This document shows positions 10,785 through 18,839 of a stretch of 64,000 bases of DNA, piece after piece (positions within the stretch are counted from its first letter, which is position 1; each line of letters opens with the position of its first letter). Position numbers and translations under genes: made by a program. The stretch is from an uncultured Chloroflexia bacterium (GTDB lineage Bacteria > Chloroflexota > Chloroflexia > Thermomicrobiales > JALYUS01). The notes below the pieces were generated by a model, which was not told the origin of the DNA, made no database searches, and saw only the letters and a program-made list of their open reading frames with translations. The stretch covers positions 6,133-70,132 of the forward strand of contig CAWJZC010000014.1 of the NCBI GenBank assembly GCA_963847195.1, in the 5' to 3' direction.

Positions 10785-12423
10785 ATCCCGCAGCTTTCCG
10801 GAGGCGGAAGCGTTGCAGTTTGCCGGTCTCCGTGTACGGCAGGGCGGTGACGAATTCGACGGCGCGCGGGTACTTGTAGGGTGCGATCTCCGCCTTGACG
10901 AAGTCTTGCAGTTCGGTGACCGTCTCCGGCGTCGCGTCCGCCGGGTCGCGCAAGACGACGAAGGCGGTGACGAGCTGGCCGCGCGCCGCGTCCGGCAGGC
11001 CGACGACGGCGCATTCCTGCACCTTCGGGTGCTCGCGCAGGACGTTCTCGACCTCCGGCCCGGCGATGTTGTAGCCGGAAGAGATGATCATGTCATCCGC
11101 GCGGGCCTGATACCAGAAGTAACCGTCCGCGTCCATCCGGTACATATCGCCGGTGAGGTTCCAGCCATCGCGGACGTATGCCCGTTGCCGCTCGGGGTCG
11201 GCAAGGTAGCGGCAGCCGGTCGGGCCGCGCACGGCGAGTCGCCCCACCGTGCCGGGCGGCAGTTCGTTGCCGTCATCGTCCATGATGCGCGCCGCGTAGC
11301 CCGGTACCGGCTTGCCCGTCGCGCCGGGGCGGATGTCGTCACCGGCGGCGGAGATGAAGATGTGCAGCATCTCCGTCGCGCCGATACCGTCGATCAGTTT
11401 GATGCCTGTCGCCTCCTGCCACGCGTGATAGGTAGCGAGGGGCAACGTTTCGCCCGCCGATACGCAGGCGCGCAGCCCGCGGAGGTCATACTCCCGCACC
11501 ATGCCGCAGAGGCGGCGGTACATCGTCGGCGCGGTGAAGAGCGTCGTGACCCGGTACTGCTGGATCGCGTCGAGGAGGCCGGTCGGGCTCGGCTGCTCAA
11601 TCAGTACGGTCGAAGCGCCTACCCGGAAAGGGAAAAGGACCAGTCCGCCGAGCGCGAAGGTGAACCCGAGCGGCGGCGTGCCGCAGAAAACGTCGTCCGC
11701 GCCCGGTTGGAGGATGTGCTGGGAGAAGCAGTCACAGATCGCCAGCACGTCGCGATGGAAGTGCATCGTCCCCTTCGCCTGCCCGGTCGAGCCGGAGGTG
11801 AAGGCGATCAGCGCCACGTCGTCGCTCGCGGTGTCGTTATTCTCGAAGCTATCGGGTTTGCCCGCACTGAGGGCTTCCAGCGTGTCGGGGTGATCGCCGG
11901 CGTGGTAGCAACAGACGCGCGGGGCGAGGCCGCTCTCGCCCCGCGCGACCTGCTCCGTGGCCGCGTGCAGCTCCTCCGCGAACCGGCCGTCGCAGAGCGC
12001 GACCGTGACGCGCGCCTTGGTCATCACGTAGGTGAGCTCCCGCGTGCGCAGTAAGGGCATCGTTGTCACGGCAATCGCGCCCGCCTTGAGGACGGCGAAC
12101 CAGCAGGCGACCAGCATCGGGTTGTTCGGGCCGCGCAGCAGCACGCGATTACCGGGCTCGACGCCGAGGTCTTCCGCGAGTACATGCGCGATGCGGTTCG
12201 CGGTTGCCAGCAGTTCGCCGTAGGTGATGGTGCGCCCATCGAAATGGAGGGCGGGGCGGTCGCCACCCGCGCCCTCCGCCATCGCGTCGAGCAATGCGGC
12301 GGCGCAGTTCAGCCGAGCCGGGTACGTCAGTGGCGAGTCGAATACCGGCCAGTCGGCGCGGGGCGGCAAATTATCGCGCGCGAAGGTATCGACGTGGCCG
12401 GTTCGCCCGAACTCCTCTGCCAT
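10783..12423 (-). CDS. Aryl-CoA ligase (benzoate / 2-aminobenzoate-CoA ligase family, AMP-forming)
   Basis: MAEEFGRTGHVDTFARDNLPP.. after GGGAGGGG. AMP-binding motif IAFTSGSTGQAKGTMH, plus GYNIAGPEVE and LPYTETGKLQRFRLR. The frame is uninterrupted. Confidence 0.88.
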   Translation of the reverse strand: MAEEFGRTGHVDTFARDNLPPRADWPVFDSPLTYPARLNCAAALLDAMAEGAGGDRPALHFDGRTITYGELLATANRIAHVLAEDLGVEPGNRVLLRGPNNPMLVACWFAVLKAGAIAVTTMPLLRTRELTYVMTKARVTVALCDGRFAEELHAATEQVARGESGLAPRVCCYHAGDHPDTLEALSAGKPDSFENNDTASDDVALIAFTSGSTGQAKGTMHFHRDVLAICDCFSQHILQPGADDVFCGTPPLGFTFALGGLVLFPFRVGASTVLIEQPSPTGLLDAIQQYRVTTLFTAPTMYRRLCGMVREYDLRGLRACVSAGETLPLATYHAWQEATGIKLIDGIGATEMLHIFISAAGDDIRPGATGKPVPGYAARIMDDDGNELPPGTVGRLAVRGPTGCRYLADPERQRAYVRDGWNLTGDMYRMDADGYFWYQARADDMIISSGYNIAGPEVENVLREHPKVQECAVVGLPDAARGQLVTAFVVLRDPADATPETVTELQDFVKAEIAPYKYPRAVEFVTALPYTETGKLQRFRLRKAAG

Positions 12424-12605
12424 TCCCCCGCCCCTCCCGCGTCCGCGATCCGCAGCCTGAACGATAGTGCATCCGTATCCGTCCGCGCACATGCCCCGTG
12501 CGACGAGCATCTTCACCTTCATTCGTGACCGCGCTATCGTGCGTCACTTCGCGGATTTGTTCAACACCCTTCCCATCGCGGTCGGTTTGGCGGATGATAC
12601 GGGGT

Positions 12606-12728
12606 GCCCACCCCCTGCCCCCTCCCGACACGGGAGCGGGAACCCATGTCGGGCGCACAGGCTTAGCGGACAAGCCATGGCACGATCGATGAACTCCCCT
12701 CCCGACGCGGGATGGGCAGGGGGTGGGC
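12606..12728. repeat. GC-rich nested inverted repeat in the ligase/RidA divergent intergenic region
   Basis: GCCCACCCCCTGCCC (12606..12620) is the exact reverse complement of GGGCAGGGGGTGGGC (12714..12728). The inner hairpins CTCCCGACACGGGAG and TCCCGACGCGGGA are direct copies of one another. Confidence 0.7.
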
Positions 12729-12745
12729 TCACCGGAGGATCGCCG

Positions 12746-13147
12746 ATGGAAACCTTGCAACCGCCCAACTGGGTGCAACCGCGCGGCTACGCAAATGGCA
12801 TCCTCGCGGAGGGGCGCGTCGTCTTTGTCGCCGGGCAAATCGGCTGGAATGGCGACTGCGTGTTCGAGACGGACGATTTCGCCGCGCAGGTGCGGCAGGC
12901 GCTCGCCAATGTCGTCGCGGTGCTCGCCGAGGCGGGCGGCACTCCAGGCGACATCGCGCGGATGACGTGGTACCTCACCGACAAGCGGGAGTACCGCGCC
13001 GCGCTCAGAGAAGTTGGCCGCGCCTACCGGGACGTGATCGGCGCGCACTACCCGGCGATGACGCTCGTGCAGGTCGCCGCCCTCCTCGAAGACCGCGCCA
13101 AGGTCGAGATCGAAGCGACGGCCGTACTGCCCTCCACAACGCAATAG
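12746..13147 (+). CDS. RidA/YjgF family reactive-intermediate deaminase
   Basis: METLQPPNWVQPRGYANGILAEGRVVFVAGQIGW..ARMTWYLTD..YPAMTLVQVAALLEDRAKVEIEATAVL. GGAGGA precedes the ATG. Confidence 0.9.
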   Translation: METLQPPNWVQPRGYANGILAEGRVVFVAGQIGWNGDCVFETDDFAAQVRQALANVVAVLAEAGGTPGDIARMTWYLTDKREYRAALREVGRAYRDVIGAHYPAMTLVQVAALLEDRAKVEIEATAVLPSTTQ

Positions 13148-13163
13148 GGAAGGGATCAAATCC

Positions 13164-13355
13164 CCAGGGACACCAAGAACACCAAGAAATGCTCGGTATC
13201 CTCAGCGTGTTGGGGTGTGCGCACATGAATATGGCTTTCCCTGGCGGTAGCAGGCAGAGAGCCTGCTTGTCCGTCCTGAGAGGTCAGGCTCACTGCCTGC
13301 TGCCGCCGATGCGATTTCGCCGGAACCCGCTCCGGTCTTCTTGGTGTCCTGGTGG
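13164..13355. repeat. Stuttered-arm palindromic repeat element (copy A3) between the convergent RidA and helicase genes
   Basis: CCAGGGACACCAAGAACACCAAGAA (13164..13188) pairs with GGTCTTCTTGGTGTCCTGGTGG (13334..13355). Inner hairpin AGCAGGCAGAGAGCCTGCT. The right arm abuts the TAA stop at 13356..13358. Confidence 0.7.
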
Positions 13356-16300
13356 TTATCCTTCTGCCGTTGGCACGTTGCCGAAGACGCGTACCTGCTT
13401 GCCGTGCAGCGTCCCCGACCAGAGGGGGACGGTGCAGGTGCGTTCCAGCAGGTGCTTCCAGAGTTGCGCGTGCGCGAATGTCTCCTCATCCGCGCTGAAG
13501 AGGGTGAAGACGGATTCCGAGGCGACGAGGATCATCTTCTGCTTGGCGCGGCTGAGGGCGACGGTCAGGCGGCGGGGATCGAGCAGGAACTTGCCGGACG
13601 CCATCAGGTAGGCGCGGTCGCTCTCCGTCGCGCCGACGAGGATCGCCGTCCGCTCGCCGCCCTGGAAGCGTTCGACGGTATCGACCGATGAGACGACGAT
13701 CGCGCCCGTCCGCTGATCGCGCGTACTAAGGCAGGGGATCTCCTCGCGCAAGGCGGCGCGCTGCGCCCGGTGCGGCACGACGACGCCGAGGCCGTCCACC
13801 GGCCCCAACCCATAGGGCGGCGCGGCGAGCGCTTCGAGGATCGGCGTAATCAGTTGCTGCTCGAAGGGGTTGCGTAACTGGCTCCGCGCCTCATCGTGGA
13901 CGATCACCACCATCGCGTGATCCGGCGCGAGCACGCGGGCGACGAAACCGTCCGGGTCCTCCCACGCCGCGTTCGATGCCAGCAGGGTGTGGTTGTGGGA
14001 GAAGAAGGGGATGCCGTCCTGCGCGTAGATCTCCTCCTTGAGGAAGGTGGCCATATCCGCGTGCAGCCGGAAACTCTCGGTGAACTTAATCATCTCCGGG
14101 ACGTGCGGCAGGAAGGCGAGGAAGAGCGATTCATAGGTGCGATACGCCTTGAACGTCCGGCGCGGCTCGTGCTCCCAGTCGTGTTTGACGATTGGCGGCA
14201 TCTGGCGATGATCGCCGACAATGATTAACTGCCCGTCGCGGTTGAGGAGGAGCGCCGCCATGATCGCCTCGGGCAGGTTCATCTGCGACGCTTCATCGAG
14301 GACGAGGCAGTCGCACCCGCCATGGCCGAGCATCTCCTTGCCCCAGCGATCCTTGACGATGCGGTAGACGCCACCGGGCGTCGCCGCGACGATGCACCAC
14401 GGCTGCGCCTCGATCGCGTCGGCGGCGCGCGGCGTGCCCTTCGGTCGCTCGGTATCGCGCGGCAGCGGGATGACGCCATCGGGGGGCGCCTCGCGCGGCG
14501 TCGTGCGGAAGAGCGGCACATCGAGCAGGCGCGCGTCGAAGTACCGCGCGAAGATCGCCGGGTGGCGTGCCGCGATGTCGCCCAACGTCTCCCGGACGAG
14601 GAGGATATCGCCCAGCAGGACGTTCGTCGCCGCATGGGTCTTGCAGGAGACGAAGGCGCGGAAGGGCCGGGCAGCCGCCATCGCTCCTTGCAGGCGCGCA
14701 AAGAGGGCGAAGGCGGTCGAGTAACTCTTGCCGGTGCCCGGCGGCCCTTGCACGAGCAGTGTCGGCAGATCGCCGCACGCGCCGATGAACCGCCGCTTGC
14801 CCTCCTCAAAGTCGTGGAACGCCCCCGCCGCATGGAGCGCGTCGAGTCCGGCGAGGAAGCGCGCCTGCCCCTCGCGCGCGGCCTCGGGCCAGGTGGCATA
14901 TGCGGCGGCGGGCGCGTCAAGGCGCTCGTAGAGTGTATTCGCCCCGCCCGCGCACAATTCCTGCACGATGCTGGCGCAGAAGGAGCCGTACCAGTCGTTC
15001 GGGTCCGCATCGAGCGTGTAGCATTCACCGTCGCGCAGCGGCCGCTCGAAGGAGGAGAAGGCGAAACCGGGGACGGCACTCTTGGCCCCCGGTCCGCGCA
15101 TCTCAACGACGATGACGTGATCGTTCGCATTGATTTCGACGATTGTCGCGCGGGTGCCGTAGAGCATCTGCTTCGGCGTCGGCGTGAAAGGCGTCCGCTC
15201 CGCCTCCGGCAGCCGCTCATCGACGGTCAGGCGCGGGAAGATGACGACGCTGTCGCCCGCGCGGAGCGAGGTGAGCGCGAGTGCTTCGTCGAGCGAGCAA
15301 TCGAGGCCATCGGCGACCAGTCCGAGCCGGAACCGGAGACCCTGCTGCGACCATTTCGTCTCTTTGCGCTGCTCTTTCGAGAGTTCTGCTCGTGCCGCGC
15401 CGGGGTTGGCGCGGAGGTAGTCCGCCCCGTATCTTGCCGCTTTCTCGGACTGCTCGACGTTCGCGGCATTGGCGGCGGCGACCTCCGGCGATTGCGCGCT
15501 CGCCCGGTAGCGGACGAGCAGCGTCTCACCCGTCAGGGCACGCCGCTCCGGCGGGGCGAGGCGCGCCGCCTTCCACGCGCCGAGCTCGACGTGCCGCTCG
15601 ATCATCACGAACTCGTCGATGGCGTGCGCGCGGGAACGCGCCGTCTCGGAGAATTGCGCGAGGTCCGGCAGGTCGAAGGGGCGTTTCTCGGTCTGTTTGT
15701 TCCCTTTGAACTGCTTGGCGACGTGCTCCATCGCCTCCAACCGACGCCCCTGGAAGCCGCGCAGATCGTCCGTCGTCACGGCGCGGTAGGGAGCGAATTC
15801 ATCCCGCGTGCCCGGCGATGGCGGCGCCAGTTCCCCCCATGCCGCGTAGGCATATTCGAGCGGGATGCGGCTATTGAAGCGCGCCCGCCGTGTATACCAG
15901 CGCGCCGTCTCGTCGTCCGGCTCGAGTTTGCCGCGCGCATCGAAGAGGCGCTCACGGAAGAGGTCGCGGTACGGCGTCCCGGCGTTCCAATCGAAGCGGG
16001 TGATGGACGCGACCGCCTGCAACGACTGGCAGACGATCGGGTAGTTCTTCAACTCGCGAATCTCCCGATCGAGATGCGTGGCAATCGGCGAGTCGAAGGC
16101 GGCGATCTGGGTGACGAAATCGTAGCAGGGCGTCGCCCCGAAGATCGCGCCGAGGTGCCGCGCCAGACCGTCCAGGAGGAGCCGCTGCTCCTGGCTGTCG
16201 TTGAAGATGAGGTGAATTGGCGCGCGCATCGCACCATCGGCGTCCGGCGCGGCGACGGCGACGAGCGCTTGCAGAGTCTCGGCGATCCAGCGGAGGAAGA

Positions 16301-17720
16301 GCGCTTCCTCCTTGGCGGTCGTGTCCGGCGGCCCGTCCGTCAGGTGGATGATGCTCCGGCGCCGCCCGGGGACTTCCTCTCCCCGCTCGCAGGCGACGAC
16401 GAGCGCGCCGATCAGGTAGATGCGGTCGTGCAGGTAATCGTGCTGCGCGTCGATGTAGACGCGGATCAGGTTCGGGTTCTGCGCGGCGTCCGCGTAGGGG
16501 AGCGATCCGTACCCCTTGCTCGGGATGTATCCGAGGGCGGCGAGTGGATCGCCCTGCGAGCGACGATAGCCCCGCGCCCGGTGGATCAATTCGTCCACGC
16601 GCGGGCCGACGGGCCAGGTGGCGGCCAGTCGCGTGGCGAGCGCCTCCTTGCCCGGCGCTGCGACCAGTTCGCTCAGATGGGAGGGTATATCCGCCGCCGC
16701 CGGTTCCTTCACGGTGGCGAGATCGCGGACGGTCGCGATCCCCGCGCCGAGCAGCGCGCTCTTGTCGTTCGGGGTCAGGTGGGGGAGGAGCGAGAGGTCG
16801 TCCCGCTCGACGCTCCGCTTCATGCAGAACTCGTTGTAGAGGCAGCCGTCGCATTTGGCGTTGAGGTGGAAAGGGATGGTATCGAAGGACGCCGCGATGA
16901 CGCGCCGCGCCGTCGAACTCGGCCCGGTGACGAGGTCGTGGACCGAGCGGCGATAGTCGGCGGCGTTCGCGATGATTTCCAGCAGGCCGACATCGCCGCC
17001 GAACGAGTGACGTGCGGCGACCTGTTGTGCGGCTGCCTCAGGCGATGCATCGCCGCCGTCTGCCGGGCCGCGATAGAGCACAGCGATCTCGATCTTCTCG
17101 CAGGCGATGCCATCGGCGGCGAAGAGCGCGTCGAGCATTTCGGCATAGAAGGCGACTTGGAGGCGGTGCTCGACCTTCGCGCTCGTCGAACTTTTCATGT
17201 CGGCGATCATCACGCGCAGGGTGTCGCCCGCGTCCCGCTCCAGGCGGAGGATGTCCACGTCGCCGCGAATCTGCCAGCCATCCAGCGCGACCGTGAGGCG
17301 CGGCTGGAAGAGGACGCGCACGCTCCCGGCGGGGAGCGCGGCTGCCTCGGCGATCACCGCCGCGTTGTTTTCCGGCCGGGCGCCGGAACCGCCGTGCTCC
17401 ACCGCGAAGTCGCGCGTCGCATGGCGCGCGGCGATCACCGCCGTGACATGCTGCTCGAATGTCGCGCCGGAACGGGTGAGCAGCGGGGTGACGGAGACGG
17501 GCGCGACGCTGTACTGGCGCAGGAAGTTCGCGTTCACGCCCCGCTCGTGCAGCCGGAGGCGTAGGTATCGCTCGCATTGTTCGAGGCGGATGAACTGGGA
17601 GATGTCCGTCGGGGAGAGGCGCAACGTCCCATCGGGCCGTTCCGCCGAAAATTCGTCAGTCATCCCACGCTCCATTTCCCCAGAAATCATCTGATAGTCA
17701 TGCCGGAGGCCTGCCTCCAC
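13356..17720 (-). CDS. Giant fusion protein (1454 aa from the GTG at 17720; an ATG at 17663 with a GGAG is an alternative start). It combines a Cas4/RecB-type PD-(D/E)XK Fe-S nuclease, an HhH, an RNase-H-like segment, about 390 unassigned residues and an SF1 Upf1/Dna2-like helicase.
   Basis: Nuclease: C49, GDVD (aa 153-156), IADMK (172-176), QVAFY (188-192), CDGCLYNEFC (290-299). HhH: LTPNDKSALLGAGIATVRDL. RNase-H-like: NLIRVYIDAQHDYLHDRIYLIGALVV. Helicase: Walker A QGPPGTGKS (991-999, nt 14724..14750), Walker B LVLDEASQ (nt 14283..14306), IIVGDHRQMPP, VDTVERFQGGERTAILV, RRLTVALSRAKQKMILV. There is no frame break in 4.3 kb. Confidence 0.85.
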   Translation of the reverse strand: MEAGLRHDYQMISGEMERGMTDEFSAERPDGTLRLSPTDISQFIRLEQCERYLRLRLHERGVNANFLRQYSVAPVSVTPLLTRSGATFEQHVTAVIAARHATRDFAVEHGGSGARPENNAAVIAEAAALPAGSVRVLFQPRLTVALDGWQIRGDVDILRLERDAGDTLRVMIADMKSSTSAKVEHRLQVAFYAEMLDALFAADGIACEKIEIAVLYRGPADGGDASPEAAAQQVAARHSFGGDVGLLEIIANAADYRRSVHDLVTGPSSTARRVIAASFDTIPFHLNAKCDGCLYNEFCMKRSVERDDLSLLPHLTPNDKSALLGAGIATVRDLATVKEPAAADIPSHLSELVAAPGKEALATRLAATWPVGPRVDELIHRARGYRRSQGDPLAALGYIPSKGYGSLPYADAAQNPNLIRVYIDAQHDYLHDRIYLIGALVVACERGEEVPGRRRSIIHLTDGPPDTTAKEEALFLRWIAETLQALVAVAAPDADGAMRAPIHLIFNDSQEQRLLLDGLARHLGAIFGATPCYDFVTQIAAFDSPIATHLDREIRELKNYPIVCQSLQAVASITRFDWNAGTPYRDLFRERLFDARGKLEPDDETARWYTRRARFNSRIPLEYAYAAWGELAPPSPGTRDEFAPYRAVTTDDLRGFQGRRLEAMEHVAKQFKGNKQTEKRPFDLPDLAQFSETARSRAHAIDEFVMIERHVELGAWKAARLAPPERRALTGETLLVRYRASAQSPEVAAANAANVEQSEKAARYGADYLRANPGAARAELSKEQRKETKWSQQGLRFRLGLVADGLDCSLDEALALTSLRAGDSVVIFPRLTVDERLPEAERTPFTPTPKQMLYGTRATIVEINANDHVIVVEMRGPGAKSAVPGFAFSSFERPLRDGECYTLDADPNDWYGSFCASIVQELCAGGANTLYERLDAPAAAYATWPEAAREGQARFLAGLDALHAAGAFHDFEEGKRRFIGACGDLPTLLVQGPPGTGKSYSTAFALFARLQGAMAAARPFRAFVSCKTHAATNVLLGDILLVRETLGDIAARHPAIFARYFDARLLDVPLFRTTPREAPPDGVIPLPRDTERPKGTPRAADAIEAQPWCIVAATPGGVYRIVKDRWGKEMLGHGGCDCLVLDEASQMNLPEAIMAALLLNRDGQLIIVGDHRQMPPIVKHDWEHEPRRTFKAYRTYESLFLAFLPHVPEMIKFTESFRLHADMATFLKEEIYAQDGIPFFSHNHTLLASNAAWEDPDGFVARVLAPDHAMVVIVHDEARSQLRNPFEQQLITPILEALAAPPYGLGPVDGLGVVVPHRAQRAALREEIPCLSTRDQRTGAIVVSSVDTVERFQGGERTAILVGATESDRAYLMASGKFLLDPRRLTVALSRAKQKMILVASESVFTLFSADEETFAHAQLWKHLLERTCTVPLWSGTLHGKQVRVFGNVPTAEG

Positions 17721-17757
17721 TATGACAGGGCTCTACTGTGTTGAACGGTGCGTATCA

Positions 17758-18693
17758 TCAGAACGTGACAGGCTCGTTTCCACTGGTGTGCCGACGGAAG
17801 AGCGTCATGTGGAGAATGACACCCCGATCGACGAGCGCCGCGCCCGCGATGCCGCCCCCGCTGAAGCGAACGTCATGCCCGCTGCCCGGCGACGAGAAGG
17901 TTTCCATCTTCGCCTCGCGGATGCGGCGCGCCATGCGGATGGCGCGCTCCTTCGCAACGGAGGGCGCGGCGGGAGCTCGGAGCGCGTCTAGCGCGGCGGC
18001 CCGTACGAATGTCCGCCAGAGCGCGGCCATCGTCTTGGGCGCGTCGAAAAGTTCGAGGCCGGTGACGCGCCCGCCGATCGCCGTCACCATGCCGACCGCG
18101 CCATCCGGGTAGGGAATGGCGCGCTCGAAGGAGGCGAGATCGTCCCCCCTCCGGTCGTAGAGATCGGCCATCGCCCCGGTCGGCGAGAGGATCGCTTCCG
18201 CGGTCTGTCGCTCCGCGATATTTGCCCAGATTGCGCTCTGATCGCTCCTGTGCGTGCCGCTCTGCCGCAATGACGCAGCGACCTGCATCGCGGTCTCCGC
18301 CCGGAGTGCGGGGTAGAGCGCGTCGTGCGACGCGAAGCCGGCCTGCGGCACGGACCAGCGCGCCTGCTCTACACAGGAGACCGGCAGCACCGTCATCCCC
18401 GGCGGGACGAGTACGGTGCTATTAATGATCCGATTCTGCTTGCCGCCGACCAATTCCTGACCATTAACGATCATGACGGGCAGGGTGCCGGTATTCCGTG
18501 CCATCAGCGTGCCGACGCTCGCACGCTCCATCTCGGCGATGTGTAGCGTCTTCTTCGCCGCCGCATCGGTCAGGAGTGTGTACGCGAGATAGCCGTGACG
18601 CACGCCGCTGAGCGGGAAGATGGTCAGCGCCTCGTGCGTCAGCGCGTCCTCGACCCAGAGTGCGTCGCAGCGTTGTGTGAATAGATTGCTCAT
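17758..18693 (-). CDS. Conserved hypothetical protein (311 aa), first gene of the helicase operon; reminiscent of the DUF6569 / ARPP-1-like family
   Basis: ATG at 18693 after GAGGGGGA. N-terminal half: LTIFPL..YLAYTLLTDAAAKKTLHIAEM..VMIVNGQELVGGKQNRIINSTVLVPPG..LPVSCVEQARW. C-terminal half: GAVGMVTAIGGRVTGLELFDAPKTMAALW. No catalytic motif recognised. The family call is memory only. The gene ends 37 nt before the helicase ORF. Confidence 0.6.
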   Translation of the reverse strand: MSNLFTQRCDALWVEDALTHEALTIFPLSGVRHGYLAYTLLTDAAAKKTLHIAEMERASVGTLMARNTGTLPVMIVNGQELVGGKQNRIINSTVLVPPGMTVLPVSCVEQARWSVPQAGFASHDALYPALRAETAMQVAASLRQSGTHRSDQSAIWANIAERQTAEAILSPTGAMADLYDRRGDDLASFERAIPYPDGAVGMVTAIGGRVTGLELFDAPKTMAALWRTFVRAAALDALRAPAAPSVAKERAIRMARRIREAKMETFSSPGSGHDVRFSGGGIAGAALVDRGVILHMTLFRRHTSGNEPVTF

Positions 18694-18839
18694 GGCTTCC
18701 CCCTCGGTATCTGCCGGTGCGCCGCTTATTCGCGCTGTATCCCACAGTAACAGCACTCACCGGACGAGGATGCGTCCACTTTCATTCCTCTGGTACACTG
18801 AGCTACGCGAATGCGCTGACACCGGAAGGACGATGCAAG

